A DNA stretch of 56,968 bases, filler included, from Sphacelaria rigidula (GCA_964200075.2; 8 parts of 8 records of this genome joined end to end with filler, not necessarily neighbours in it); one strand, 5' to 3'. Numbered from the whole stretch's first letter, positions 36,342-49,835 are shown. Translations and numbers: made by a program. Notes: generated by a model not told the origin, from the letters alone.

Positions 36342-39300
36342 CTGCAGCAGCGACAAGAAATCTTCCGCAGATGTCCTCCTCGAGCCCATAAAAAATTGCG
36401 GGACGATCTGCATTCCCCCGTCACCTCCCCCGCCCTCCCCACTCAACCCCTGCTGCATCCCGCTCCCACCCGCGCTCGACCCGGCCAACCCCGTCCCCGT
36501 CCCTCCCCCCGCACCAAACATCCCCAGACCCATCGGATGCACGGGAAACATAGCAGCAGGGAAGCCAGTTGACTGCACCCCCCCGCCTCCAGCTGATTCG
36601 CTGGCGGGTTGGTGCTGGTGTTGTGCCGCCGCGGTGTGGTTGCTGCCGTTGTTGGTGTAGGGAGATTGGGAGTGGATGGCGGCGGCGGCCAGTAGACTCT
36701 GCGATAGACTGGTGCGCATGGCGTTGGCTGCTTCCGGGTCCGTGGGGAAATTTGTCGCTAGCTGCTGCTCGATTCGGGATTTCGTTTTCGAGAGGGGGGA
36801 CGGGGGACGGGGGGTGTATTCATTTGTTGCTTGCCTTAGTCATCTGACCATTGATACATTCGAAACGGCGCTCACCAGGTCAGGGGGGGGGGGGGGGGAC
36901 TCATTTGTTGCTTGCCTTAGTCGTTTGACCATTGACCACGCATTCCTTTCGAGACGGAGCACCGTTCCCTCTCCTAACAGAGACACCTTCAACATTCCGG
37001 CGCTCATTATGTTTCTTCCATACATTACACACAAGCCTTTTACATATCTTATCCTCCTGTTTCGTCGTCTCTGGCCATTCATCTCCTAGTATAACCATCG
37101 TTCTCTCCCTACTGTCTAGTGCATCAAACGATTTCACTTCACCGTCGTTTACTTCAGGCATTTCCCCCTCTAGCACGTCCCGTTCCTCATTGTATAGTTC
37201 ACATCCTGCCACTATATGAGTTCTACTCTCTATCGCCTTGCCACAGGGGCAGTTCTGTCCATCTACTTCCTCCTTTACCCGACTACTGGTGTACCTCCTC
37301 CTTCTTCCCGAAAATTCCAGGTCCTCCACCCGAAATCGCAGTTTCAATATTTCTCGCAGTCCATTGGGCCATGCAGATATGTTTTCATCTATATTTCCTC
37401 TCTCAACCCGCCGTATATCTTCATGTGTCCATCTTTCTAGTCTACCCTCCGTCTTAGCGTTTCTTTTCCTTCCATTTCTACCATGCCTCTTACTTTTGTC
37501 TTGTAATCCCCGCCTCCACCCATGGACAATTTCTCACTTTTGTTTCCTCCTGTGTCCTTCCTTCCATACTTTCTCGGGGACACGGGGGGGTAGACAGGAA
37601 AGGAAATGAATACCCTATACATGAAATGTTGAGTGCCGTGCAATTATTACTTCGGTATGATCAGAGGAGCCATCCCACGTTATTACGACCAAAAATAAAC
37701 ACGATGTGAACAGCTCCGTACACACCACCTTCACATTTCGACACGCACCCACCCACCCACCCACCCACCCACCCACACAAGTCTCAAGTGTCATTATTTT
37801 TTCGATAAAATACTACCGGAGAATGACTTCACCAACCCTTTCCCCACGAGACCGTGATCTGGATCCGGGTTCGCTCCATTACTCTCATGCTCAACCCTTA
37901 TCCTGGAGGCGTGGATGTCTGGTGGGGAGGGGGGTGTACTCATGATCATGCATGTCCGCGGTGGTGGTGGTGGTGTGGTGTGGTGTGGTGTGGTGTGGTG
38001 TGGGGGGGGGGGGGGGGGGCGGTCGACCAAATTGCTGTTCGAAAATAATAGAGCTCGAAAATGGTTTTTTAACCATTTACCAGTTGACTGGTTGCGCGTA
38101 GCGCACTCATTAACCAGTTAAATGTTACATGATGATTTGGTAATCGAACGGCGCAGCCGCGAGCCAAAAAGTCCCCCCAGTAGAGGGGACCCAGCTGGAG
38201 GCGCCCCCGGAGGGCCCCGCCGTGCTGGAGGCACGTTTTCACACGATTCGCCTCACGAGGGCTAAAAAAATACGTTCAATTTGGGCCAATTTTCAAGGGC
38301 TGTATGTAGCATGCGTAGCCGGTAACGGCTTACAAAGCCGGTAACGGTAAATAATGGTTTGACAACATTATTCAAAACTTTCATACATACATTACCATTA
38401 TTACCATTATTACCATTATAATGATGGCCAGTAATGACTGGTATCATTTCCGAGTTCTAGAAAATAATGAATTCCGAGGCGTTGCTCGAGACGGTTGTAA
38501 ACGAGGGCACTTTATGATAGTTTCAATGCTGGGCGATAAGCAGCGACATGCCCGCAGCTCAAGCACGATAGGCACGATTCGTACCGTCGTGAAAAAAAAA
38601 AAAGAGATAAAGTGTGCCGTTGTGTGCGTGTCATTTGATCACAAAAAGTAGCGTTGTTGTGCTACGTATCACACCCATGAACCCCGTTGTTTCGGACCGC
38701 GATCTACATGCACACAACACCTTCCCGTGGCATGGCTTAGTCGTCACAATATTCCTCGTTTATTTGGGGTTCCTGACGGCAACAAATTCCGCATATACGG
38801 CAATCATACCGTCCAATATCAGCTGCCTCGCATTCTACGCGTGACACGAAACACGCTGCCTCATCGTCAACAATCGCAGTATAACGCTCACGGCAACCCC
38901 GATGAAAATAGATAACAAGAGGGGATTGGATCGTGACTGAAAGCCATCCCGCATCCCCGCCGACCATCGCGAAATTATTTTTGCTGTTCGCCTCCCCACA
39001 GTTTTAACGGCGGGAAAACAGGTTGTACTCAGCATACATCGGGAGCCGCAACCACGCAATTCTCCGCTCTAAGCAGGCGTTCGCGCACCACATGTTCAGA
39101 TCACCGCAAGCGCGGAGGCTGGCACTTTGAATTGTTCTCACTTCTAAATCCTCCGCTCCCCCGGTTTCCGTGGTCTCATGGGATTGGACCACGGTTAGGA
39201 CGAATCGTCACGGGTTCGAATCACCACATGCACGATTTCTTCGGCCTGATTGCCCAAAGGGAAGAAAACAGTTGACCGCTGGTCCAAGGGGTATCCACGC

Positions 39301-41720
39301 AACTTTTGCGCCATTCCTCGTGTTTGGGCTGCGTGTACCTGGCTTGCAACGCTGAAAACAAAGCCTAGGGATTGATTCGTATGATTCAAATTAATTACAC
39401 TGAAACCAAGTGACTTCCAGACGGATGATTGATTTGTCCGACCCTTGGATTGATCCAACTCATCTCTCCCCCGGTATACGCCTGGCATTCTGGTATCGTA
39501 GATTGGGTCATGACCGGCACTGCCGCACCCTGTGAACTCTAGTCTAACAAACGCAAGCCAGACAGTCCTTTTGCTACTCGCGTACGTTCTCAGGCTTCAA
39601 GGGGAGGAATCAGCCACTTCTAAGAAGCAAAAATATATGTCGAATGAGAAGCGTCTGGCGAGAATGGAGCCCCCGTTCTCTCCTCCCGCCCCCATTAGTG
39701 TCAGTTGTAACATTCTAATTTACACAACCGGGGCGAGGCGATGATCTTGAGCCTTCACAAGCCTATGCGGATGATGGTGAGTCTCGGAGGACGCTCAATT
39801 ACTTTTCCCCGAGTCCCCTCGGCGTTGGCTCGACTTGAAATTATTTCTCGAGGAACGGATTTTTCTAGAAAAAAACGGCGGTAAAATGAAGCGCCTGCCG
39901 TCCATTCGAATGTTCATGTGCGCGCCATTTTCTCCGAACATTCCAACCTTGGACAACGATCTCCTCCTGTACTCCCGCCCCCTGCATTTCTCCTCCATTA
40001 CCAAGCCTACTTCTCGCAAGCCGGTGGAGACACAGCCACCTCCAATGTATATCTATATATATATATAGATATACATATGTATATATCAGATCTGGCAATG
40101 TAACGAAACTTGTCAGTGACGGAAGGATGAATCATCATGGGTGCTCTGTAACTCAACATACCTGAAGATCCGTGAGCTGCCCGAAACTGTGTCTTGGAAA
40201 TGTTGAGGACGGGGTAGTCCTCATGCCGCCCACCATACTCCCGAGGTCTGTGTCAACACACAGCACGCACAGCACCGCACGCGTCACCGACCAATTTCAC
40301 ACGATTCTCGTGTCCAACGTATCCAGCCCGTTCAGAAACGGTGGCTAGGGACATGTTCCCGACGACACCATCATCGACCGTTTCGTCAATAACCACCGTC
40401 ACCACTGCCATGATATTGCGCGTAATACACAAGGAGATCACCACCCTTACAAAATCCACCTCAATAATGACATTTCGGTACCCAAGAGCCCTCATTCAGA
40501 AAGGGCCCAGGGGGGGGGGGCATTCATTTGTTGTTTGCCTTAGTCGTTTGACCATCGACCACCCTTCCCTTTCGAGACGGAGCACCGTTCCTACTCCTAA
40601 TGGAGACACCTCCAACATTCCGGCGCTCATCACGTTTCTTCCATACATTACACACAAAACCTTTTACATATCTTATCCCCGTCCGGTTTCGCCGTCTCTG
40701 ACCGCCATGTATCTCCTAGTATAGCCATCGTTTTCTTCCTGCTGTCTAATGCATCAAAAGATTTCATCCCACCTTCGTTCACCTCCCGCATTTCCCCCTC
40801 TAGCACGTCCCGTTCCTCCTTGCATAGTGCACATTTTGCCACTATATGACTTCTGCTCTCTCTCCCTTTGCCACAGGGGCAGTTCTGTCCATCCACTTCC
40901 CCCTCCTTTCGGCGACTGGTATATCTCTTTCTTGCTTCTGGCAGGTCGAGGTCCCCCACCCGAAATCGCAATTCCATATTTTTCGCAGCGTCCATCGGGC
41001 CATGCAAACATGTGTTCATCCCTATCCCCCCCCCCTCTCACAACCCCCCGTATATATCAAGGTGTTCCTTCTCGTCAACTTTGCGGCTGAGCACTCCTTT
41101 TCCCCTTATTCCTATCATATCTCTCACGTTTGCCTTGTACCCCGCGCCTTTATCTGTGGACAGTATTTGGTCTTGGTTTCCGCCTGTCTCCTTCCATATT
41201 TTCTCGACTTCTTTATCCCACCTTACTCCAGGCCTCCCTTTCGTAATTTTCTTCCATACAGCCCTATCAACTGTAGTTGGCAATCTCTTTCTCTGCATGT
41301 TTTTTAAGCTATATTGCCATCGTAATTTCCTCATGTGGGGGAGGGGATGAACCAGGAACCCACTGTACCAGCAGCAAGATCATTTGCATATGAAAAAGAG
41401 AAGAAAAATATGAAAAACCTCACCTGTCGGGATCTGAAGGTTGTGCGCTCCACTCAGAACGCCGCTGCTGCTACTCATGTCCATTGCACTTGAGGATTGA
41501 CCGCCACTGCCTCCGCCCATACCGAGCAACATGGCCAAGTTCTGCACGCTGAGGCTTCCCGATAAGGAGGCGTTCGTCGGCAGGGAGTTGAGACTCTCCA
41601 CCCTGGGAACGGGCCCACCGTCTTGGATTCCAAACATCAGCACACTTCCACCACCTCCGCTGCCAGCCAAGCCAGAGGAAGAATTGGTGGCAGATGGTGG
41701 CACGCCTTCTCCTCCCTGCG

Positions 41721-41757
<37 letters not shown>

Positions 41758-42478
41758 ATTTGGTTGCGGTTGATGTGGATGATGTTGCTGGTGAAGCTGC
41801 TGCTGCTGCTGCTGCTGCTGCAAGTGATGGTGTTGGTTCTGCAACAGCGTCGGCCCGTGTTGCATCCCATGATGGTGCTGCTGAAAAAATTGATGAAGCT
41901 GTAAATTCAACTGCTGGCTCTGGGCCGCCGCCACCGCTGCCCGGCGATGCTGCTGCTGCGCAATCGTGCCGGCCATGCCCCCCCCTCGTCCCCCTTCCAA
42001 CAACGCCCCCCCGCGCGCCCCTCTTTTGCCGCTCGCCCCCATCTCCCGCCCCCCTCCGGTAATAGATCCCAACCCCTCAGCCGCGGCGGCGTGTTGACTG
42101 GCACTACGACGATGAGAGTTGACCTCGCCGCCGCTGTCGGTGCCTGCCGCCGAGTCCGCCGCTCCTCGATCGGCAACGGCCGCCGACACTTGACCGTTAG
42201 TACTGGCACCGCCGACGGTGTCACCTTCTCCTGTGATGTCCCCCTGGCGTTGATGTTGCTGGGCGTGCTGTTCTTGCCTGCCTGATCGAGCACGAGGTTG
42301 CTGTTGTGGTTGTGCTTGTTGTTGTTGTTGTTGTTGTTGCTGCTGCTGCTGCTCCTTCGCCGCCGCTACCGCGGCCGCCGCTGCTTGTTGCTTTGCCCCG
42401 CCGACCCCGGTCTTCTTTTTACCAGGTGCTTTGCCCGTTGTGGACGCAGCGGCGCCCGGTGCACTATTTCGTGGCCTT
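36342..42478 (-). CDS. PolyQ/Ala/Gly-rich low-complexity protein, putative transcription regulator, partial; exons 42478-41424, 40247-40162, ~36764-36342
   Basis: Three exons join in frame (phase 1 then phase 0): RPRNSAPG...QQQ...LQIPT|DLGSMVGG...LTDLQ|QLATNFP...RRTSAEDFLSLLQ, with canonical GT-AG. No folded domain is present in this contig. Confidence 0.75.
36810..37572 (-). mobile_element. LINE 3' fragment (same family) with a duplicated 3' tail, intronic
   Basis: ORF 36901-37347 LRFRVEDL...NCPCGKAIESRTHIVAGCELY...NGQTTKASNK. A second short tail lies at 36810-36870. Confidence 0.85.
40510..41337 (-). mobile_element. LINE 3' fragment (same family)
   Basis: MRKLRWQYSLKNM...LRFRVGDLDL...NCPCGKGRESRSHIVAKC plus the conserved 3' tail. 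G-runs on both flanks. Confidence 0.85.
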
Positions 42479-42802
42479 CTGAAGAATCATTAGAGTGAGG
42501 GACACATAGTGGGAGGGGGGTGACGAGGGTTGGCATTTCTACACAAGACACGTCATGGCTTGGCACTAACTCGGCCGTCACTTCAGCAAACCCTCCCACC
42601 AACAGGTTATGACTTGAACCAATATTATCATCATTATTTCCGCACAGTAGTCCGATCTCGCGAACCCGTGGTCACAGACGTGGGCTCGCCTTTCCAATAC
42701 CGNNNNNNNNNNNNNNNNNNNNNNNNNNNNNNNNNNNNNNNNNNNNTTAATTAATTAANNNNNNNNNNNNNNNNNNNNNNNNNNNNNNNNNNNNNNNNNN
42801 NN

Positions 42803-43998
42803 TCATTTGTTTCTTGCCTTAGTCATTTGACCATTGACCACGCATCCCTTTCGAGCGGAGCATGGGAGGGAGGGGGGGGGGGCGTACTCATTTGTTGCTT
42901 ACCGAAGACGCTTGGCCATTGACCACGCATCCCTTTCAAGACGGAGCTGGGAGGGGGGGGCGTCGTACTCGTTTGTTGCTTGCCTTAGTCGTTTGACCAT
43001 TGACCACGCATCCCTTTCGAGACGGAGCACCGTTCCTACTCCTAATAGAGACACCTTCAACATTCCGGCGCTCATTGCGTTTCTTCCATAGCTCATTACG
43101 CTTCTTCCATACATTGCACAAAAACCTTTTACGTATCTTATCCCCGTCCTGTTTCGCCGTCTCTGGCCACTATCTATCTCGTACAACCATCTTTTTCTCC
43201 CTACTGTCTGATGCATCAAACGATTTCATGCCACCTTCGTTCAAGTCCTGCATTTCCCCCCCTCTAGCACGTCCCGCTCCTCCTTGTATACTCCACATTC
43301 TGCCACTATATGACTTCTGCTCTCTATTGCTTCGCCACACAGGCAGTTCTGTCCGTCTACTACCTCCTCCTTTCGACGACTAGTATATATCTCTCTTCTT
43401 TCTGGCAGGTCCAGGTCTCCCACCCGAATTCGCAGTTCCATATTTTTCGTCGCGTCCATGGGGCTATGCAGATCTTGTTTCATTTCGATCCCCTCTCTCA
43501 ATCACCCGTATATCTCCTGGTGTTCTTCCTCGTCTACCTTACGTCTGAGCGCTCCTTTCCCCCATATTTCTATCCTATCTCTTACTTTTGCCTTGTACCC
43601 CGCGTTTTCACCTATCTATGGACAGTATTTCGTCTTGGTTTCCGCCTATCTCCTTCCACACGTTCTCGACCTTGCTATCCCAATTTATAGAACGCCCTTT
43701 TGTACTTTTCTTCCATACAGCCCTATCAACTATAGCTGGCAATCTTTCCATCTGCATGTTCTTTACGCTATATTGCCATTTCAATTTCCTCATGCCTCTG
43801 TTTGTTCGTGGTGAGTACATTCCCAACTCTGCTCTCCAAACTGTATTACTCGTCGTTTTCGAGCATCCAAGTATTTCTTAGCTGCTACCATCTGTAATGT
43901 TTCCAACCTCTTCACCAACTTCGCGTTCCCCTCCCATACTTCTCCTGCATATTTCAGCTTCGGTATGATCACGTTCATCAGCTTCATCATGTTAATCC
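42803..43998 (-). mobile_element. 5'-truncated, degenerate non-LTR retrotransposon (RTE/RTEX-like LINE) 3' region, with tandem extra 3' tails
   Basis: Frameshifted ORF2 end: IIPKLKYAGEVWEGN (RT thumb), MRKLKWQY...RLPAIVDRAVW, LRIRVGDLDL...NCLCGEAIESRSHIVAECGVY (CCHC knuckle), ...VNGQTTKASNK, followed by the tail GAGTAC(G/A)CCCC. Confidence 0.85.
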
Positions 43999-44979
43999 TA
44001 GGGGGAGGGGGGGGGGAAGCATTGTCACGATAGAACTCCGGTGTAGCTTCTTGACAGAGGACGCGGTCAGCGGTCTCACTCCGTAAGGAGCACCGGTATT
44101 GTGTACTGCGAAAGGTGAAACAGACCCCCCCCATGTACTGTTGGAGAACTCGCCTAGCGCGTGCTGCTCGTGTGTGATGTTTGGTGCCCTCCTCCATCGA
44201 TCGCGAGGAGAAGCGGCGCAGAATATCCGAGGTGCCGGCGGCGCCCTGATCGTCGGATACCCGAATGGCTGCTTTGATGAGTACCAAGGAGGAAACCGGT
44301 GGAGATCACGAACGGTGCGAGTGTTGGCGGGAGATAAAATCAAGGTCGAGAGGGCTGATAACTTTAGCGTCACCAGCTGCTGAAATTACTCAACTTTACT
44401 GAAATGGCTTCAGGCATCAGTACGGGTCGTTCAGGCATGTAGTGCCGATACAAAGACCATGGTAGTTCTTCTGAAGCGAGCGTGGTGTTGCTGTCCTCGT
44501 CCCATGTGATCAAAAATATCTCATGTCGCATCCGGTGGATACGCTACATGTACAAAAATATTGAGGAATGCGGTGTCTAGAAAAGTCATAGGTGATGCGG
44601 GTCGACGTTAAAGTCTAACCAAACCCTCGTGTCGGTGCGTGAAGAAATCCCCTGAACATCAAAACGTAAACCCTCGCTCCAAAAGTAAGGGTTTGTGCGA
44701 CTTTTCGTAGTTTTTTGCGTCAACCTTGTCCACCCCAAAGTTTTCCCGCGGATGCTTCCACTACTCCCTTAACATCTAGCGACAAGGCAACCTCCTTGAA
44801 GTTGCTGGTTTCCTGCTCGTCTCTACACTCATCACTGTCGTTGCAGTCGCCGTTGCTGGTGTCCTCCTCCATGTGGTATCTTGGAGCGAAACGAAGAAGC
44901 GGAACGATCACTGGAAGGCGGTTCACGAAATGGTATTTTGTGTGTGTGTTGTCATCCAATCTATTCTGAACGCCATTGT

Positions 44980-45662
44980 GAACAGATGGACACTTTGCTA
45001 CACCCTCGGAACGCCTTCCGAAGGTGAGGCCCTCTGGCGAGTCCCTAAAGGTCCTAAATCCCCTCTACATCCCCTCTACAGGGTGCCGCCTTCATATTGT
45101 CTAGGGACGGTTAACCTATAGATCGCGAGGACAGTCCATCTGGATCACGCGTATTTTCTCGAATTCAAATTGATGGCGATTCAACAGAGGTGAACAGTTC
45201 GCTACACCCTCGGAACACCTTCCGAAGGTGAGACCCTTTGGCAACCCTATACAGGTCCAAAACCCCCTGAGGCGACCAGAGACACAGCCTCTACAATGTG
45301 CCCGCCTTCATGTATCCTGCGGCGAGTGCAAAATGTCTGCCTGTGTGCACCTAACAGTGTATATGGGCGCATCAGCTAGGGTCACATAAGAGGAAGGTCA
45401 ACACAGGAATTTCTTCGTTTCGGCACTCCACCTCCCTCTTGCGGTGCTTGCCTTTACTTCTATGGCGAGAAGACGTTTTAGCAGTCCCTCTCCATCCACA
45501 GGTGGAAATTTTGCCCTCGCCGCAGGGTATATGAAGGCGGCACATTGTAGAGGCTGTGTAGAGGGTCGCCACAAGGGATGCTACACATACCTTGTAGAGG
45601 GTCGCCACAAGGTCTCTACCTTCAGAAGGTGTTCCGAGGGTGTAGCAAAGTGCCCACCTGTG
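44980..45662. mobile_element. Cluster of three ~165-bp MITEs (44980-45143, 45184-45347, inverted 45497-45662)
   Basis: Shared GCTACACCCTCGGAAC.CCTTC.GAAGGT core. Termini CACAGGTGG / CCACCTGTG. The third copy interrupts a SINE D copy. Confidence 0.65.
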
Positions 45663-47198
45663 ATATATCGTCGACTGTAGTGTCGAATTCCGTGTAGCGA
45701 CGGCATAGTAACATTCGCTCTCCACTGTTGTGCATGATACCAGAAGAAATCCCAGATCGCGTGACTTCACCGAGGTTCGAACTCGCGTTCCAACTGTCAG
45801 AAGGTTTCGGGGTCACCAACTGAGCCACCGGGTCGATCGACCGTAATGTGACAAAATCAAAACCGAATTCGCTATTCTGACAAGAGAGGGTCTACGGCAA
45901 TCTTTTGCTTCTGCTCCTACGTACCCACTTGCTTATTCTGGACCTCTCAGGAGGGGAGTTAGAGTACTAGGTCACCACCCACTCCCCAAAACATCATGCA
46001 AAATCTCATGTACCGATCCCATACAAAGTCATGCACGAAATATGGCGACGTCGAAGGGGGGGATACCCCCCTGAGGGGGGGCGTACTCATTTTTTACTTC
46101 CCTTGGTGGTCTGACCATTGATCACGCATCCCTTCCGAGACGGAGTTTCAGGGGACGGGTAGCATACAATCCACGTACCCTCCCTGATGTGTAGGTGTAA
46201 ATGTAAAAATAAAATAAAAGAGAGAAGGTTTATTTAAACTACGGAATAAATGAATAAATGAAAAAACTCGTAAAGCAGCTATGTTTATCACTTTGTTGAC
46301 TAGCACTGTCCCAAAATGTTGTTACTTGATTTGATTTGGGACCGGTATTCGGGTCTTTGATGGGCCTGGTAGTCCCAAGTGCTCATCGCGTGCGCACAAC
46401 AACACGTTTTCGTCAAATTTGGCGCCTGCGACCCCGATTTGAGGTCTGCCATCACCACACTTTTCCGTTGGAACACTTTTGCACCTCCCTCACTCGAGGG
46501 TTCTCTGTATGCCTTGAGTTGGGGTTAGGATTAGCGTCAGCGATCGTTCGAAATTAGGTGTTTTCGACCAAATATTTCAAGAGATAACCGACCAAGTTGT
46601 GAGCACACCTCAAATGAAGTACGAAGTATATGCAAAAGAAAAAAAAGAGATCAAGGCTCACCTCGGAATGTCTTTCGACGTTGGTAGTGCTTACCACGGT
46701 TGATTATTGTTTGTCGCACTTTAAATCCCTGCCCTTGCTCGGGACGAGTCCGTGGTCTGAAGGGATCAGCCCATCTCTCCCCGGTAGAAGTTTTGCACTT
46801 TGGTCTCGTGGATTGGGTCAGCACTCCCGCACCGCGTCAACTCACGTCGAACAAACTCAGTCGACTACTTCGTTTACTCACGTTCTCACGCTTTCCACGG
46901 TGGAAATCAATATACTATTATACGAAGAAAACAACCCAACGCATCGGGAATCGAACCCCTGTTCTCTCCACCCTAATGGCGACAGTCGAACCATTACACC
47001 AACGGGGCGCAGCGGCAATACCTGTATCCTGTAACATTGTACAAAACGCTGACGACAGCGTCGATGTTTGACAGGCATTTGAACACTGGATGGCTGCCCC
47101 ACATTTTGTTATGATGGAAAATGGCCCAACTTTTGCACATCACAGGGTACCCCTTTTTGCCTACTACCGTACCCCCCTCTGCTAAACTGGGGGACCAG

Positions 47199-49537
47199 GT
47201 GTCGAGAGTGAAATCGATCCGATGCTCGACCCCGTCATGGAGAAGCAGTTCATCGTCAAGGGGAAAAAGATGTCGGTGAACGTTTCGGACAAGATTATGG
47301 ACTTCGACCCAGCGTTCATGATGTACTTCATCTCAAGGCTACCCAATCCGAGCTTCAGTCCAGAGCTGCAAGCCAAGGTGGAGAAAACGCACAGATATCT
47401 CACAATCCTCTCCATCTCCACGAGCTGTAGCCCATGATAAAGCACTTCATACGGATAGTCTAGCCTGCTTTCCATGTGCACCAAATACGCAGACTAATTC
47501 CATCGTAAATGCTGCCGACTGTGGGCATCACATTTTCCTTCTGATTCCGCTGATGAATTTTGCGGCTGAGTTGCCGGTAAGATCGAATAACCGGTGTACG
47601 CACAATGACGATGGTTGGGATAATGTGGTCGACATCAAACATCCTCCTGCCCCCACGTTCATCCCTCTGGCAACAATAAAATGTCTCAGGTGACTCTGGT
47701 GGACTTTACAGTTACGCAAAAGGGACTGGAGGAGCAATTGCTTGGAAGAGTTATCGGCAAAGAGCAAAAGGCTCTGGAGGAGCAGCTTAGCGATGTTCTC
47801 GAGGAGGTTAATTCCAACACAAAGGTGATATTTTGATAGCACCCTGTTTTTTTTCATCTGTTTTGCTCGAAATATACAAGCGCCTCGAAAACTTGCACAG
47901 TAATTACTCATCGTGTGCGCTTGGTGGAACGTAAAACCTTTGACAAAGTCACACGGACGCTGTCTTCTCTCACGGCATGGGCATTCGGCATCATTTTTTC
48001 ATATGAGGCAGTAACGCTCAAGAGGCACCTCCTGCTGTGCGGTGTTATGAGGTTATCATAAAAAGAAAACATGGTGGAGAATCGCTCGTGATTACATTCG
48101 GCAAAGTTTGAGCTGGAGGCGCAAAATAGAACTAATTGCCCAATCTTCTGTACAAGCATCTTGGGTCACAGTTGCGTGTTGGGGCGCGCTCACCCCAGGG
48201 CATGGTATCCCAACAACTAAACTGTTAGGGGCCTCCTTCACCTATCTTGCCTGATCCCTCCCGGCCTTTCTTTCGCAGGCACTGCTTGCCCTTGATGCCT
48301 CTCTGTTAGAGCGCCTAACCTCAAACACAGGGAATCTATTAGAAGACGAAGAACTCATCGGAGTACTCGCTAATACCAAGGTACGTTATGAGGTAAATGT
48401 AAGGGTATTTTTCCTTTCAATCGCGGCTCAACAGCACACGCCGCCGACGGCAGGGCAGCCCTTGCAAACCTCTCCTCTTCGTCGGACCGGTGTGCTTGCT
48501 CACAGTGACTGTTTTTTTTTTCATCTGGGGGGCGGGGGGAAGGGGGTTACCGCTCATATCTTTTTTTTTTCGCGGGGTGATTTCGTGAGTTTGACGGAGG
48601 TTTTTCGCCGGGTAATGAGGAATACTGGTCTTCAGTTAAGGTGCTTGAACAGAGAACGGTTCAATAGTTTTCTCATCCCTCGGGGAACGTGTCCGCCCAG
48701 CAAAAATGACAGTTCTCGCTTATGCTGGTGTTAATCGTGACAACTGCGGCATCGGGTGATAACACGCGGGTATCAGGCAGTCTCCTCCGATGTGCGCACG
48801 TACGGCGTGAGGAGAAACGCTTGACCGCTCTCCAATCAATCACCAGCCCTGTTCCGTGCTCAATCCTACTGCTTTTTCAACCTGGGCCTTCGGAACGCAA
48901 AACAGGCAAAGGCGGCGGACGTAAACCAGAAGCTCATAGCCGCAGACGAGACCAAAAAGTCGATCAACGAGAAAAGAGAGCAGTTCCGTCCGGTCGCAAC
49001 TCGCGGAAGCGTGCTGTACTTTTCTGTAGTGGAGCTGTCTCTGGTGAACGTCATGTACCAGACCTCACTCGACCAGTTCCTGGATATTTTCATGGGGAGT
49101 ATGGATCGCGCGGAGAAGGCTTCCTTAGCGTCCAAGAGGTATGAGGCCACGACAGGGCAAAATAGGATAACGGTGAAGTCGAAGAGTAGGCCATGTGAAG
49201 ATTTGTTGATGATCTCCGGTGGGAACCCTCAGGACCCCCTCCATTTCTTGTGCCGGGTGTTTTCCCACGGTAGACGCGAGGTATTCGCCACTCCTTCCTT
49301 ACGGACCTTTCTTGTCTCTTCGTTCTTGCCCGTGGCTCTCTCCTGCTCAGGGTGACAAACGTCATAGAAACGATGACTTACATGTGCTACCGATATATCA
49401 ACCGCGGCCTGTACGAGAAGGACAAGCTGACCTTTGTGCTGTTGGTTACCATGAAGATTCTCATCACGGCGGCGCTACTCAAAACGAGTGACCTCACCAT
49501 CTTCTTGAGGGGAGGAGCCGCTCTCGATATCAACTCG
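47199..49537 (+). CDS. Axonemal dynein heavy chain, outer-arm gamma type (DNAH5/8, ODA2-like), AAA5-region fragment; exons 47199-47377, 47690-47824, 48279-48380, 48906-49138, 49351-49537
   Basis: EIDPMLDPVMEK...SRLPNPSFSPELQAK|VTLVDFTVTQKGLEEQLL...|...GNLLEDEELIGVLANTK|...REQFRPVATRGSVLYF...MYQTSLDQFL...R|...RGLYEKDKLTF...RGGAALDINS. All five exons join in frame at GT-AG junctions. Confidence 0.95.
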
Positions 49538-49765
49538 GTGAGGGCTTGCAAATGTCAATGTCGACCGACGACAGTCAGCTGAGAGGGCAAGAAATGTCGC
49601 TAGGGCTACCTACTACTGCAGTTATGCATTTACCCAATCTACGTTGTGCAGTAGGGAATAGGCAAACCTATTGGGGCGTCCATAGGTCAACCTTGTGGGA
49701 GGTCACACGCATTATCCGACGACGGTATCCTACGTTCGTCACTGAGTGATAAATTGATGCTATTG

Positions 49766-49797
<32 letters not shown>

Positions 49798-49798
49798 C

Positions 49799-49835
<37 letters not shown>

